The translations under genes and the position numbers were made by a program. Below, piece after piece: positions 14,600-28,720 of a stretch of 64,000 nt of DNA (positions are counted from its first letter, which is position 1; each line of letters opens with the position of its first letter). The DNA is taken from assembly GCF_009914755.1 (NCBI RefSeq), contig NC_060936.1, one strand, 5' to 3'. This DNA comes from the human T2T-CHM13v2.0 reference genome, Homo sapiens. The notes below the pieces were generated by a model, which saw nothing but the letters and a program-made list of their open reading frames with translations, was not told the origin of the DNA and did no database searches.

Positions 14600-14960
14600 A
14601 AACAGCCTACATCCTAGTATCCTAGTGGTTTAATAATAAAGGCTTATTTCTCACTCATGTCCTTACATTCCAGTCCTTACAGGGTGGGTGAGGACTTTGT
14701 AGTAATTCAGTCCTACCTCCTCATTGTGTCTTCTTTACTAAGCTGGAAATCATGTGGAAATAAAAGCAATTTTGCTTTCATGTAGAAGATAAAAGGGAAT
14801 GGATATGGCAAGTGGCCCATATCGCAAACACCCTTGTGCTCCTGGACAGAATTTCATCACATGGCCACTCCAAGCTGAGGAAAACTGGAAAATGTGGTTG
14901 AGCCAGATGCTTGGGAAAAAGAGAACTTGGCAATTGGCCACCCCAAGTGGTCTCTGCCAC
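14600..14960 (-). mobile_element. old MLT1 (K/L-like) LTR fragment
   Basis: agtggtttaata...ttatttctcactcatg and cacatggccactccaagctgaggaaaactggaaaatgtgg motifs. Confidence 0.4.
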
Positions 14961-16250
14961 ATAAGGTCACAATAAACTGACACTCTAGATCCTTCTTTGG
15001 GCAATACCATGGCCACTTCCAGACTCTTCCTTCCTGACACTGATTGCTATACCTGAACCAAGAAGAGGGTGGTGCATGTTCATTGAATAAATGAATAGAA
15101 CTTTTACTCTTCTCAACTCTCTTTGGCAAGCTTTAGTCGTTCCCTCTAAGTGGATGTCCTCTCAAATAACTTCATCTCTCTTCTCTCCTTCTGAGCTCCA
15201 ACCTTACATTCCCAATTCTTTCCTGGGTACCTTCACATGAGGTTCAACCATTTCAAATTCAATATGACAAACCTAAGCTCAGCAAGCTCTTCCTGTGCTG
15301 AGCTTTGTTTTTCTTACACAACGCTTAAGGCAAGATCCTTATCTATCTCCAGTTTCTATCCCTCCAAGCATCTAGTACAACTTTGCATGCTATTAATAGT
15401 CATCTTTTGAATAAATGTTTCTGTTGTGGAATTATGTAAACTACGCTAACCTTAGATTAGCAGAAAAAAATGTAATTTTTCTGTTTTTCTATAGCTTACC
15501 TGATATTCCTCACACCACCTACCCCTCTGTGTCTGATAATCCAGTCTGTTGTAAACTCTGTTGCATAAAATAATTGAAAGACTTTTTATGTAACTCAGTC
15601 TATCATTTTTTTTTTTTTTTTTGGACATTCCATCCTCAAATGTCCCTTTCCTCTGCTCTCTTCAAGAGGCATCTGTGGCTATGGCTGTACCTACCGAATC
15701 CAGGCTCAGGTAATCTGGCCTGTAGCCCTCAGCCACAGGGTCTGCCTGTTTAATCTCACCACAGTAACATCCCTAGTAAACTTCCCCTAGCGCTGTTATC
15801 TAACCTCTGCATGTCCTCCACAGGGGCCCAGAATGTCAGGATACCCAAGAGAGTGGAGGAAGAATTGGGAGAACTAAATATAGGCCTCCTTTGGCCTAAG
15901 CATGCAACTGCTGCAAAGGTTACTCTGATGGAGCCCATCAATGTTGATGTGAGGGAAAGAGGGGCATCTGTGAGACTCTTCCCACAATCCCCAACTGGAA
16001 ATAAGGAACCTACTCCGCTCTCTGCTTTGCTTGTAACCAGCCACCTCTACCACCCTTCCAGGAATTCTCCTATTGAAAGGAGGGTCCATCTGTAACACCC
16101 ATCCATGCCAGCTTCCTCCTAGTTCTCCTGAAGTCCACCATGGGCCTGCTTCTTCTTCCACTGTGGCCAACACTTTCCTAGCCCCATAGCTACTGCTTTT
16201 CCCGGGTGGCAGTGACTTGCCAGCTTTCCCTGGAGTGTCCAGTGGAATAA

Positions 16251-16584
<334 letters not shown>

Positions 16585-16614
16585 TGAAAACCATATTTAA
16601 AAATATTTTAAAAT

Positions 16615-16845
16615 GTAATAAACATTTATTAAGTATCAGGCACTATTCTAAGAGCTTTCCAGATATGAACTCACGTAACCCTATGACAGTCTGCGGGGGG
16701 TTCTGTAATCAGACCCATTTTACTGACAAGGAAGCTGAGGCATAGCACATTTAAATGATTTGCCCAAGGGCACAGAATTTGGGTTCAAACTCAGGCAAAA
16801 TGGTTCTAGAATCTCTATTCTTAACTGCTATGCTAAGCTGCCTCT
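16615..16845 (-). mobile_element. MIR (MIRb-like)
   Basis: cccattttactgacaaggaagctgaggcatag...ttaaatgatttgcccaagggcacag...ttcaaactcaggca. Confidence 0.75.
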
Positions 16846-19800
16846 ATATTTGCTTTATATATTTTTAAAATATTACTCCTACTTCAGCTTATAACTAAAA
16901 GGACATTATAATTGCCTGTCATATTTTCCCACAGGCAGTAAACCAAGATGCCAAGTGAAGACTTCTCTATAGCATAGGGCAAAAATCCATGAGGCTAAAT
17001 CCTGGTGTTCATAGTCTATGTTAATTTGAAAACCAAAAACCCATAAAACGGCATGTGGGGAGCTTCAAAAGAACTGCTGTCTTGGGAATTCTTACCAGCT
17101 TTGAAGACTTCGGGGAGGTGTGGTCTGTTTTTCCTTCTCTGGATTCTCCTCCCGGCCTCTAATCCAGAGCCTGTACATGTGGGTGAATTTGCACATGCAC
17201 GCCTGCACACACATACCCACCAATGGTAAAAGCCTCTCTGGGATACTTTCAGGATCCTTGGAGTCAGGGCTCTATACAGGGCTATTTTAAAGTGTGATGG
17301 TTCACTGAAAAATGTTGTCAAACAGCAAAGTACCAATCTTTTTGAATCACTAGGTCATATTTTAGAGACTGTGAGTTCTACCCTTGCAGGAACGTGACTT
17401 TTTCACACTGTATTTTCTCAAATAGGAGAGAAGAGAATTCCAACCAGTGAGATGAGAATTGCACAAATCCTGCAGCCCATCTCTGCCACAGCTCAAAGTA
17501 AGCAACTTTTACTGCTGTATTCTTAAATAGTCCCAAGGATCAAATTATATCTCTGCTAAAACATTGTTAGGCCTAACTTCCTCACCAAGAATGTGGACTT
17601 TGGTCCGACTGCCAGGTTAAGAGGGCGTTTCTTGAAAACTTTTGTTTCTTTGTAGGCACAGTATGTGCTCATTAGATATAAAAGCTAATGGATTAACTAA
17701 TTCCTTTAGCCTTTCCAAAATAGAGGTTTCATGGAACTATCTAGGCCCATAACAAATGTTTCTGTGATGAAACAAACTCAGGAAACTGTATATTTTCTTT
17801 TTCCCTTAAAGCTTCACAGAATGCATCATCTCATTAAAAGCTCCAGAAACCCTACAAAGAAGAAACCTTACCTGGTATCCCCCAAACTAAGATTGATAGA
17901 TTTCCACTGGTTTGTAAAAGAGATTCTTATTCTGAGAAGTTCTCATGGCTCTTAAAAAGAAGTCACCTTCTCATTGTATAGACTTAGACACATAATTTGT
18001 ACTTTTTTTTCAGATTGTTGGGTAAGTAATGACCCAGACCATTGAAGAAAATGAGGAAACTGTGCACACAGACTGATGTCTTATGTGACCAACATGCATA
18101 TAAGAAATGGAAGCTTCCCCCTATCTTTCCAGAGTTCAAAAATCCTATTGCTGAATTCACCTCCAATTCCATGAAACAATATAAAAGATCCTCCATAAAG
18201 ACCCCAGGTTATAATGTTTACAATTTATTTTGTACTCCTTTTCTCTGGTAATTGATGACTGCTATTATTAATGAAGACATTACAAGGAATAAAAGGGCTT
18301 GCCTGCCACTTCTCACCACAAAACCGTGTGGCATCAAACAGAATGAAATCCTTCTGACACTGACAGCTGGAGAAAACCTTGTCACCACAGTGACAGTGTC
18401 AAGTGTGGTGTGACATCTCTGTGTGTGTTTCTTTTGCACCTAATAACTTCGTTGCCAATACAGACCAAAATAATGAAAGAAAACCTGCTTTTGCCAGCCC
18501 AAAGGATTAACTGTACTGTTGAGAAAACTGCAGGAATATTTGACATGAGATCACAATTTTTAATTCTTTTCCCCCCAGGATTCTGCATGAAGTATTTTTC
18601 TATGAAGGATTTAAGTAGAATTACTTTTCCTCACATTGGTCATGGAGAGAATTAAGACATTAACTGTTGATCCAATTTATACTGCCATTTGATCCCATAA
18701 GTGCTATACAGGACTCGGTTACTCATGGAAAATAGTTCCTGCCAGATCAAACACTCTCAGGGCCAAAGTCACAAGATTCTGACTTTACATGCTCTGTTCT
18801 GCCTCCTTTCATTTTGCCTCTTGGATTGTCATGAACTTCCTGAGCAAGAAGGCCATCCACCATGCAGTGTAATGTCTTGCTAAGAGAAATTAGTATTCAG
18901 TCTGCTCAGGTTCCAGCAAGGACTTTCTTCATGAAGATCTTCAAGTGGAATCAAGGTAGGAACTGTTATCCTTTTCAGTCCTTGTGCTATTCATTCACAC
19001 CTTGGAACAAAAACAAAGCTGAACTCTTTAGAGGGGAAAATTGATACCGCATGGTTTCTGGTGTATCTGCAACTTTTGGCTCTGGTTTGGAAAAGGGTGT
19101 GTATGTGTCATGCACACATGTCTATTTCATCCTATCTGACAAATACCTTTGTGAATTGCTTTGTTGACTATTTGGGTGTTACTGCAGGTTACAAATTTCT
19201 AAGAGGGCTGGGAGACGTCTTTAAATCCCATAGGCATTGGATCATGTGTCCTCTAGTGGCCATGAACACTAGTTTTAGATGAAAGGTCTCATTTTCAGAT
19301 AAGTATGAGGAATACTTTATTTTCAGCCCTCTCTTTTAAGAGGCATAAAATCTTTTAGTGCTGAAAACACTTGTACTACCTATAATAAAGAACTATGTTT
19401 AAGTCAGTGTGTTCCTAATTTGACTATGGAATTCAAACTTCTTGTAAGAGTCCACAGACCAGGTAAGACTTAAAGATTTGCCAACATTCAAAACCTCTGA
19501 AAAATAACCCATTACTTGGCAGCTAGGTGATCTCCCTCCTAATTTATCTGGCTCTATTTTCTTTTCTCTACCATCACCAATAGCATCTTTCTAATCCCTC
19601 ACTCGGATCTTCTCATTCCTCCATTCATTAGAATACCAGTTCATTTCTTCAATAAACATGCCAAATAGGAGTGGCTCTAACAAGACGGGAAGTTTTTTCT
19701 GATGTGACAGTCTGTATATTTGCAGTCCAGGACTTGAATGGTGACAGCAAGAGGACAGAGGCTCCAGGTTCCTTTTGTTTTAGTGCTCTGCCATGTGTAG

Positions 19801-20212
19801 GGTGTTTCCCATCCAAATGTTCCAAGATGTCTTACCACTGTGTCTGTATTCCAGGCAATGGGAAGGAGGGAAGGTGAAGGGGAGAGAATTTTCCTTCCTT
19901 GCAAGAGCATCATCTGCAAGTTGTGTTTCTGCTCACACCCCATTGACAGAGCTTTATTGCTTGATCACAGCTAGCTGCAAACGAGGCTAGGAGATGTTTT
20001 AGTCAGTCTGGTAGCCTTTGTCACACTACAATTTCTATGTTAGAGGAGAGAGAGAGAGAACATATATTAGGGAATAGCTAACCATCTCTGCTACACCTAT
20101 GACCTTCCATTTGTCTCTTACAATGAGTTTGTGAAGTTAGAATTTTTATCCCAAGTTTTCCACTGAGAAAAATAAAGCTCATAAACCTGAAATAATTTTA
20201 ATATTGTCACCA

Positions 20213-20719
20213 TGTTAAGAATGATTAAGGGTGTGAAGTTTTGTCTGCTTCCAAGCTAACAAGGGAGCCGCCACAATTGCATGGATTCTTGCAGAAGACA
20301 CAGATTCCTGAGTCAGACACAGAGGACTTTATCACTCATGGCACAGCAAGCAGCATCAGCTCCAATATTCATGTAGGTTCTTCTTGTCCTCCAAATCCTA
20401 TGGGGCATTAGGGGGTGGCCAAGGTAGATGCTGCAAACGCAGTCGGTTTGCACCAAAGGTGAAAAACCCCGAGCTTAGGAAACTACAAGCTTTTAAAGAG
20501 GCTATAAGGAAACCTGCCCAACTTTTTCCTTAGAAGGAAACCTTTTTTTTAGTATCCTAGTTAAGAAACAAATGTCTCTGCTTGAGAGAGGCACGCTACC
20601 TCTAACCTCCAAGAAGTTCACCATACAAATATTCTTGGAAGGCAGTCCCAAATAAAAGTCTCTTTGTTGACAAGGCTTGCAGAAACATGAGACACCCCTG
20701 GACATTTTTTTTCCCAACA
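20213..20719 (-). mobile_element. ERVL LTR, LTR40-like
   Basis: TG...CA ends; reverse strand begins tgttggga...gtctcatgtttctgca...tatttgtat, resembling LTR40. Confidence 0.6.
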
Positions 20720-20749
20720 CACAGATAGTCTTGCTATCTTCATTACAAT

Positions 20750-20960
20750 AAAGGTACTTCTTCAAGAAATCTCCCACTGACCATGCCTCCATCATCAGGG
20801 CAGTTCTCACTTTTTATTGTAATTGTTCACACCTCTGGATCTCCATATTGGAATATCAGTTCCTTGAAGGCAGGGGCTATGGCTTTGCTTTTATATCCCT
20901 AGCACCTAACACATTACTTGGAATATGGAACATGTTCAACAACTATTTTGAATGAAGTAT
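20750..20960 (+). mobile_element. L2 3' fragment
   Basis: agttccttgaaggcagggg...tatatccctagcacctaacaca...ttttgaatgaa. Confidence 0.65.
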
Positions 20961-21079
20961 ATTAGAATAAGATTTACTTAAGGGATAGAACAAATCAGCA
21001 AGCATTACATGTTATTGAATCCACTTGAGGTTCTCTTTGTATGGATCCTAGGGTAGGTGGCTAATTTTTATGATTCAGG

Positions 21080-21330
21080 CCTCAAATACCACTCCCCTGA
21101 CCACTGTATTTAAAATATCATTCTAGATAAGTCTAATGATAAGCACTTGTCACTACCTAATATTATTCTGCTTGTTTATTTAGGTATCTGACTCCCCTTC
21201 TAGAATAGAAACCCATGACTTCAAGGACTTGCCTATCGAGTTCATGACTATATTTCTATACTCTAAAATAGTGTCGGGCCTAAAATAGAAGTTTCATAGG
21301 TATTTTTGAATGAATAAGTGAATGAGTAAA
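21080..21330 (+). mobile_element. L2 3' fragment
   Basis: tcccctgaccac...tctagaatagaaacccatga...tatttttgaatgaataagtgaatgag. Confidence 0.6.
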
Positions 21331-22239
21331 TTCAGCAAACATTCACTAAGTTTATACCATCTGCTAGGAACAAAATGTTTTACCATGTCACAGTGGCCCA
21401 CAAAGAATACTGTTACTTTGGACAACTGAAACAATTCAATATCTGGGTTGAGTTGAGTGGCAGCATCACTTTTGTTGGGGCAGTGAGCTTCCATTCCTCA
21501 CTACAGATATTCCACTGCTGGCTTGAGCTGGGTCCTGAACACTGTCCTTTCCTGGTCTTGCTGGCGAAGGCATCCTGTGCCAGCAGGCAGCTTCATTGCC
21601 TTCCTCTCCTCTCCGAGCCCCTACGTAGCCATCCTGCTTATCAGGTGCACACAGTTCTGGTCAGGTAGCCTCAGGGAGCCCATCTGATTGGCTCTGTGGG
21701 TCCCCACACCTCCAAGAACTCCATGCCCTTCATATGATGCTTAACCATTTGTTTATCCTCATTCTTACCTGGGCAGCAGGTAGCTATCAGACCCTCTCTC
21801 ACCTTTCCTTTACTCTTCTTCCACCTCTACTTGATCTCCTGTAGCAGCCTTGCCCATGAAGTCATGCCTGTGGCTCCACTGAGAAATTCGATTAAGTATT
21901 CCAATACTGCTGTGAAACGAAGTGATCTGATTCCGGTGAGACAATTTATCTTGCAAGGTATATCAATACTCATTTTATTCATTATTTACCCATTTCCAAA
22001 AATGATGTGAAGTGGGAAAATGTCAATGTTGAACAACAAAAATAGTAAAATCCCTTTGGGGGGAAGATCATTATAATTTGTTTAAATGCTGACAAATATT
22101 GATATCAATGGTAAACGTAGAAGTGGGGCATGAGGGAAATTACCAGAGGGAAATGACTAGGATATTTTTCAAGCCATCATTGATTCAAAATGAATTATGA
22201 GAGTAGAGCTTTGCATGGAAAATTAAAGGCCTAATACTA

Positions 22240-22390
22240 AAAATAATTATTAAGCATTTTCTTACTTTTGTAGATGAAGAAGTTACCTCAGAGAAGTCAA
22301 ATAATTTACCCAGAGTCACAAAATAAGCAAATGATGGAATATTCAAATCCAGGTCTTCTGACTCTACCTCTATCTGCCTTAGAGGTTTCT
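22240..22390 (-). mobile_element. MIR fragment
   Basis: ttttgtagatgaagaag...ctcagagaagtcaaataatttacccagagtcaca...attcaaatccaggtcttctgactc. Confidence 0.65.
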
Positions 22391-23125
22391 GAAGTATTGA
22401 TAAGATGGAGGCTGGAAGAGCTTGAAACAGACCATATAAAGCCAGGTCTGAGCTGGAAAAGCAAAGAGGCCCAAGGAACAGCACAGACCCTGACTGGTGG
22501 GGTATCTGTGTATTTTAAATAACAAATACAACAAAGATTCAAGGTTCAGCATGTACCCAGATGTTTCCATTATTGATATATATATGCCAGTTTAAAATAT
22601 TTAAATGGAAAACAGTTTGTGTCCACTTCATTTTAGAACTATGCCAGTTACAGGAATCACCCCAGTATCAGTTATGTCTTACTCATGTCAAAGAACCAGG
22701 GTCAGAAGAAAAAAATCTCCAGTAAAGATCCTTGCAACTCAGGAACACTCTTTCCTCTGAATACTGCTATGAACTAGAGTTAAAAGAAAGCATTTTTTAA
22801 AAGAAATGATTTATTCGTTCCTCATGATAAACATATCAAAACATCACATTGTACCACATAAATATATGCAATTATTTGGTTAACTGAAAATAAAATAAAA
22901 TTTAAAAAGAAATAGAACGAACCTGAGTTAAACCCTGAGTTAAATGACTTTTTAACAAAATTCAATGGATTTAGTTTGAATTCATGTTTGCCCATATAAT
23001 GAATAGAGTGTTATTTATGACAACATCCAGAAGAACAGATCTCAGGGGTTGGCTTTATTACAGTATGTTAGTTTAAATTAATTTGCCACTATTCCCTACA
23101 GTTATTCTTTAGTCTTCCCCTGAAG

Positions 23126-23129
<4 letters not shown>

Positions 23130-23173
<44 letters not shown>
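23130..23173. repeat. (CA)21 microsatellite
   Basis: Pure run. Confidence 0.97.
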
Positions 23174-23175
<2 letters not shown>

Positions 23176-23547
23176 CCTTCCAGAAATGTAAGAAATATCT
23201 TTACCCTCATCCTATCCTATCTTTAAGATGCCAACTTCTAGCTTTGTAAGTAGGAAGGATTAAAACATGAGAAAGAAAAGTAGGCCTAACTTGTCATGAA
23301 AATAAAATATATGGTCAAAGCCCATACCAAATAATAATGCCTGTATTTTTCCAGATATGAAGTTCCTCTTTTTTGCTCTTAAATGGGTTGAGAGATTGTG
23401 ATAGGTAGTGGGGGGAAAAAGCATTTAGGGCCCTGAATTTTGTATTATGGTGTTTTTGCTACTAGAAAACACATGTCTCAATGGTGAATATTTTTAAAAA
23501 GTTACCATTTCAATTTAACTAGACCCTTAAAAATAATAGAGGTTCAT

Positions 23548-23778
23548 CAACAAGTGGCATAAAGAGAGGAACAACAAACATTGGGGCCTACTTGAGAATG
23601 AAGGATGGGAGAGGGAGAGGATCAGAAAGAATAACTATTGGGCACCAGGCTTAGTACCTGGGTGAAAAAATAATCTGTATAACAAGCCCCCACGACACAA
23701 GTTTACCCATATAACAAACCTGCACATTTACCCTTCAACCTAAAATAAAAGTTAAAAACAAACAAACAAAAAACAAAC
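23548..23778 (+). mobile_element. L1PA13-16-like 3' end (heavily 5'-truncated)
   Basis: ggggcctacttgag...ggatcagaaagaataactattggg...aggcttagtacctgggtga...aaataaaagtt plus (AAAC)n tail. Confidence 0.85.
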
Positions 23779-24429
23779 CTAGAGGCTCACCTGCTTCCAT
23801 TCCAAGTGAAATGTCAAAATTTGTATTCTTTTCTCCCGCTTAATGAAAGTCTGGCATTAAAAAATCCAGAGTCCACTCTAGCATTGTTGCCATGTGTTCT
23901 AATAATGCATTTTTCACACCAGCAAACTCATAGAAAGTGTGGTGAAATACTGTTTTATTTCACCACACTTTCATGAGAGCCATCCTTCACCTGGTATGAA
24001 ATGACCATGCTAGATTCTGTTTCACAGCCAAAAAACATGATTATTACATTGTGTGTATGGGGTTAACCTTGATTATTCTTATTCACCACACCAAGAAATT
24101 ACTCCAAACCTAAACTGATCCAATTAATAAGACTGCAATTAAAACCAAGAAAAAAAATTATAAACTTATTTTCTAGTTCTCAGAAAATATCTGAGAAGGA
24201 AAATTGACTCCAGAGACACAAATGGCCTAATGGAATAATTAAAATTATAATTAAATAAAACCAAGTCATCCCAGGCCTACTTAGCTGTACAACTCCCTCC
24301 AGGATTATCATGTCATTAGGGGAGGGAGGATGAAGAAATCACTTTTCAGGATTTCTTAGTGTAAGAGAGTTCTCCAGACTTTCAAAGCCTGAGAAGAGAC
24401 CAAGGAGAAATAAATATCAGGACAGATGA

Positions 24430-24610
24430 AGCTGACATTACAGCCCTGCCCAGTCATTTCTACTTTACCATTGACAGCTGTGTGGCCAAGGAAATTGACC
24501 TTGCACCCTTTATCTTTAATTTCCTCATCTCTAAAATTTCTCGGACAATAGCAACATGAATCACAGAGTTGCTATGAAGATTAAGTGTAACCAGGTATAA
24601 TAAGTGCTAT
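24430..24610 (+). mobile_element. MIR fragment
   Basis: agctgtgtggcc...tttcctcatctctaaaat...cacagagttgctatgaagattaag. Confidence 0.6.
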
Positions 24611-24878
24611 GGGCATATTCAGTATTGGATATCTCTATTCATATGAGGAAGACATCAAATGGTATAAAGAGTATTCCAGAACAGCTGAAGATGGTGACAA
24701 TAGTGAATGCACTGAGCCAGGTGTCAATGGTAGGAGAGTTTCTGGAGAGAGTTGGAATTGCAAATTGGAAAAGCCTCCCTGTAAGCTGAATGTGGGACTC
24801 TGGGAATGGAGGGAGGAGGTGAAGCCTCAAGCAGCTTTCTCTGTCTCCCATTAAGTGCAGACCCCAGGAAGCTGGTCA

Positions 24879-25305
<427 letters not shown>

Positions 25306-25364
25306 ACAGTGACCTAAGGTCTCTAGCTTTCTATTTCTTTAAATTATTGTTTAAAAATCATTAG

Positions 25365-25519
25365 TGAAAAACTACCTATTGGGTACAACATACACTACTT
25401 GGGTAAAAGGTGCAATAAAATCCTATACTTCACCACTGTATAATTCATTCACGTAACCAAAACCTCTTGTACCCCTAAAGCCATTGAAATATAATTTTTA
25501 AATAAAAAAATCAAACAAA
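25365..25519 (+). mobile_element. L1MA2/3-like 3' end
   Basis: actacctattgggtacaa...cttcaccact...ttgtacccctaaagc; perfect TSD taaaaatcattag at 25352-25364 and 25520-25532. Confidence 0.85.
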
Positions 25520-26128
25520 TAAAAATCATTAGCTACCACACTGATTAGGATAGCTAGCCACAATGATAGAAAATAACAAATGCCGACAGGGATGTGGAGA
25601 AACTGGACCCCTCCTACACTGCTGGTGGGAATGTAAAATTGGGCAGCCTCTTTGTAGCACAGGTTGGCAATTCTTCAAAGGTTAAACATGGAGTTACCGT
25701 ATAACTCAATTCTACTCCTAGGCATAAACCCAAGGTCATTGAAAACAGATTTCCACACAAAACCTTGTACAAGCATGTCCATAGAAGCATTACACATAAC
25801 AGCCCCAAAGTAAAAACAACTCAAATGTCTATCATTGATGAGTAGATAAACAAAACTTAGTATATCCATACAATGGAATAGTATTTATCCATAAAAGGGA
25901 ATGAAGTACTCACCTTAAAAAACATTATGCTAAATGAAAAAAGCTAGTCATAAAAGGCCACATATTGTATGATTCAATTTTACATGAAATGTCCAGAAAA
26001 GGCAAATCCAGAGAGATAGAAAGTAGATTAATGGTTACCAGGGGCTGGGGAAGGAAGGGGATAGGGACTGGTTGCTAATGTGTATGTGATTTCTTTTTGA
26101 GGTGATTAAAATGTTCTGAAATTAGTGA

Positions 26129-26579
<451 letters not shown>

Positions 26580-28249
26580 TGAGAAAAAAATCAGTACCCC
26601 ATTTAACAAATTATATTAAACTAAACCGAAGGCAAATAAAAGCCAAGGTTTTACAAATGCTTTAGTGAGCCTACACAAGTCATTCATTCCTGTTACTTAA
26701 TTTTCCTCAACTGGAGGAAGAAAAGAACCACACTTGCCACCTACATTTGTGATAAGACCTGAGTATATTTTTTAAACATCTGTGTTTTTCAGCCAAAGGT
26801 TATATACAAATACTAGGTGTTGTTATTATGAAACTGGCAACACTGAACACTGGGTAACTTTAAATAGAGTCACCATGTGGCAGTTGAGTCTTAGACATAT
26901 GCACTGCTGTTCGTTTCTCACAGCAAGTGAGTGGCCCATTTGATGTACTGTGGCTCTGAGTGGGTCATCCATGGGGGCAAAGCTTGGGAGACACATAGTT
27001 TTGAGATTCAAACCGTAGGTGATTCCTCTAGTTGTCATGGTGTCCTGAATATTAAGTTCAGTTTTCAAAACAGACAGTCCACAAAATTGTCAACTCTGAT
27101 GATCCTTTTAGAAAATAACCTAGGGCATTCTTCATCGCACCTGGAAGAAGGATGGTCCTTAAGAGGGGCTGTTCACATCCCTTTTTGTGTAATCAAAAGA
27201 TCTTGATTCTCTTCCTTCAGATTTCTTTCAAGGAAGTAGAAAGAATAAGATTCTGGAATGTGGAAAGGGTAACTATTCCTCTTTTCTTGATGGCGAATGT
27301 TGTTAGTTTAACCTTCTATGGAAAGAAAGGGCAATGTAGGAAGTGCAGTGAATCCTCAGTTCCAAACAGCCATTGCAAATGGTGACTGCCTACCGTTAAC
27401 CCACTGTAAACAAGTGCATTTCTAACACAATAATCTCCCTGCACCTCACTTGTAATTTACACAAACAAATTTAAGATCCACACAGTGTAGAAGCCAAAGC
27501 AGGGAGACAAAGCCACTGTCTACTCTCCCCACATTCTTTGTCCCAACCCCATCCCTTGTTGCTGGGCAGGTGCACAGGAGAGAGGGTGCGTGCACCTTTG
27601 TACAGTGGAGAAGCACACACCTGCTTCCTGCACCCCCTGGTGTCTCTCAGAGCCACCAGCCAGAGGAGAGGTAAAGCTGAATTGCATGTTGCACTGAAAG
27701 GGCTGGGATCTAGTGACCCATCTCTCCACTCCAGTCTTTCACTCCCTTCAACACAGCTATAGAAGTGGAAATGAAAGAGAGGCAAAGACTGATATGGAAA
27801 TCTAAACATAAGCAATGAATGATTTGTATCTTTAGGGAAACTTTCTCTTCCCACATTTTCCTCTTATCTCATAGAAGAAGGAATCTCCATCATGACTCTC
27901 AGAAACACCAAAAAGGAAAGATCCACCATCTCAATTCCTCTTTACTTGCTCTTCTTTACGGAAATGGGAATAATAATCTGATTGGTTAATTTGCCTCAAA
28001 TCAGCAGACTGGATTCTGCTGCTATCTAGGGTACCGGGAAGCAAATGGGGGCTAGGTTTGACAAACGCTGGATGCCTGTGTTCAGTGATGGTGGACATCA
28101 ATGGTGGAAGGCTTCCAACCTTCATGCGACAAGCAGACCAAGCACTGGGTTTAACAGTTGAAGATGAGAAGCTACAAGGCAAGCAAAAACCAGCAGCCAA
28201 GGGTGAGAGTAGAGAGAAGGGGGAAAGAGGCAGCGTGGAGCTATTCTAG

Positions 28250-28720
28250 AATACATGACTTTTATATAGTTTATAACAGACTACCTTCAGCTGGATTGAA
28301 CAAAAAAAAACTGTCTTAAAAACAGTCTTTCCTTCTCCCAAAATAAATTTGGAGATAGATGAGCCAGGAAGTATAATGTTCTCCACAATCATCAGGGAAT
28401 GAGAATCTTTCTGTTTTCCACTCTACCTACTTGGCCTGTAGCTTTTGTTTTCAAGGTCACTTCAAGGTTGAAAGATGGCCACTAGAGCTCTAGACATGGC
28501 ACCCTGTCCCAGGGCAATAGGAAAATAGAAGGAGCCAGAGGAAGGACACACATCCCAGCTGAACTGAAGTTACACTGGGAACCCCACCTACCAACTTCTG
28601 CTAGCATCTCATTGGCCACTTCCAGCTGCAAGGTAGATTGGGATGTGGAGTCTTATCTAGACACAGTAGTGGCCTGAATAACATCATATGGGGTCACAGT
28701 GCATTAGTAAGGAAGAAGTG
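28250..28720 (-). mobile_element. MLT1J-like LTR
   Basis: aagatggccactagagctc...acttctgctagcatctcattggcca...agctgcaagg...tagtaaggaagaa. Confidence 0.5.
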
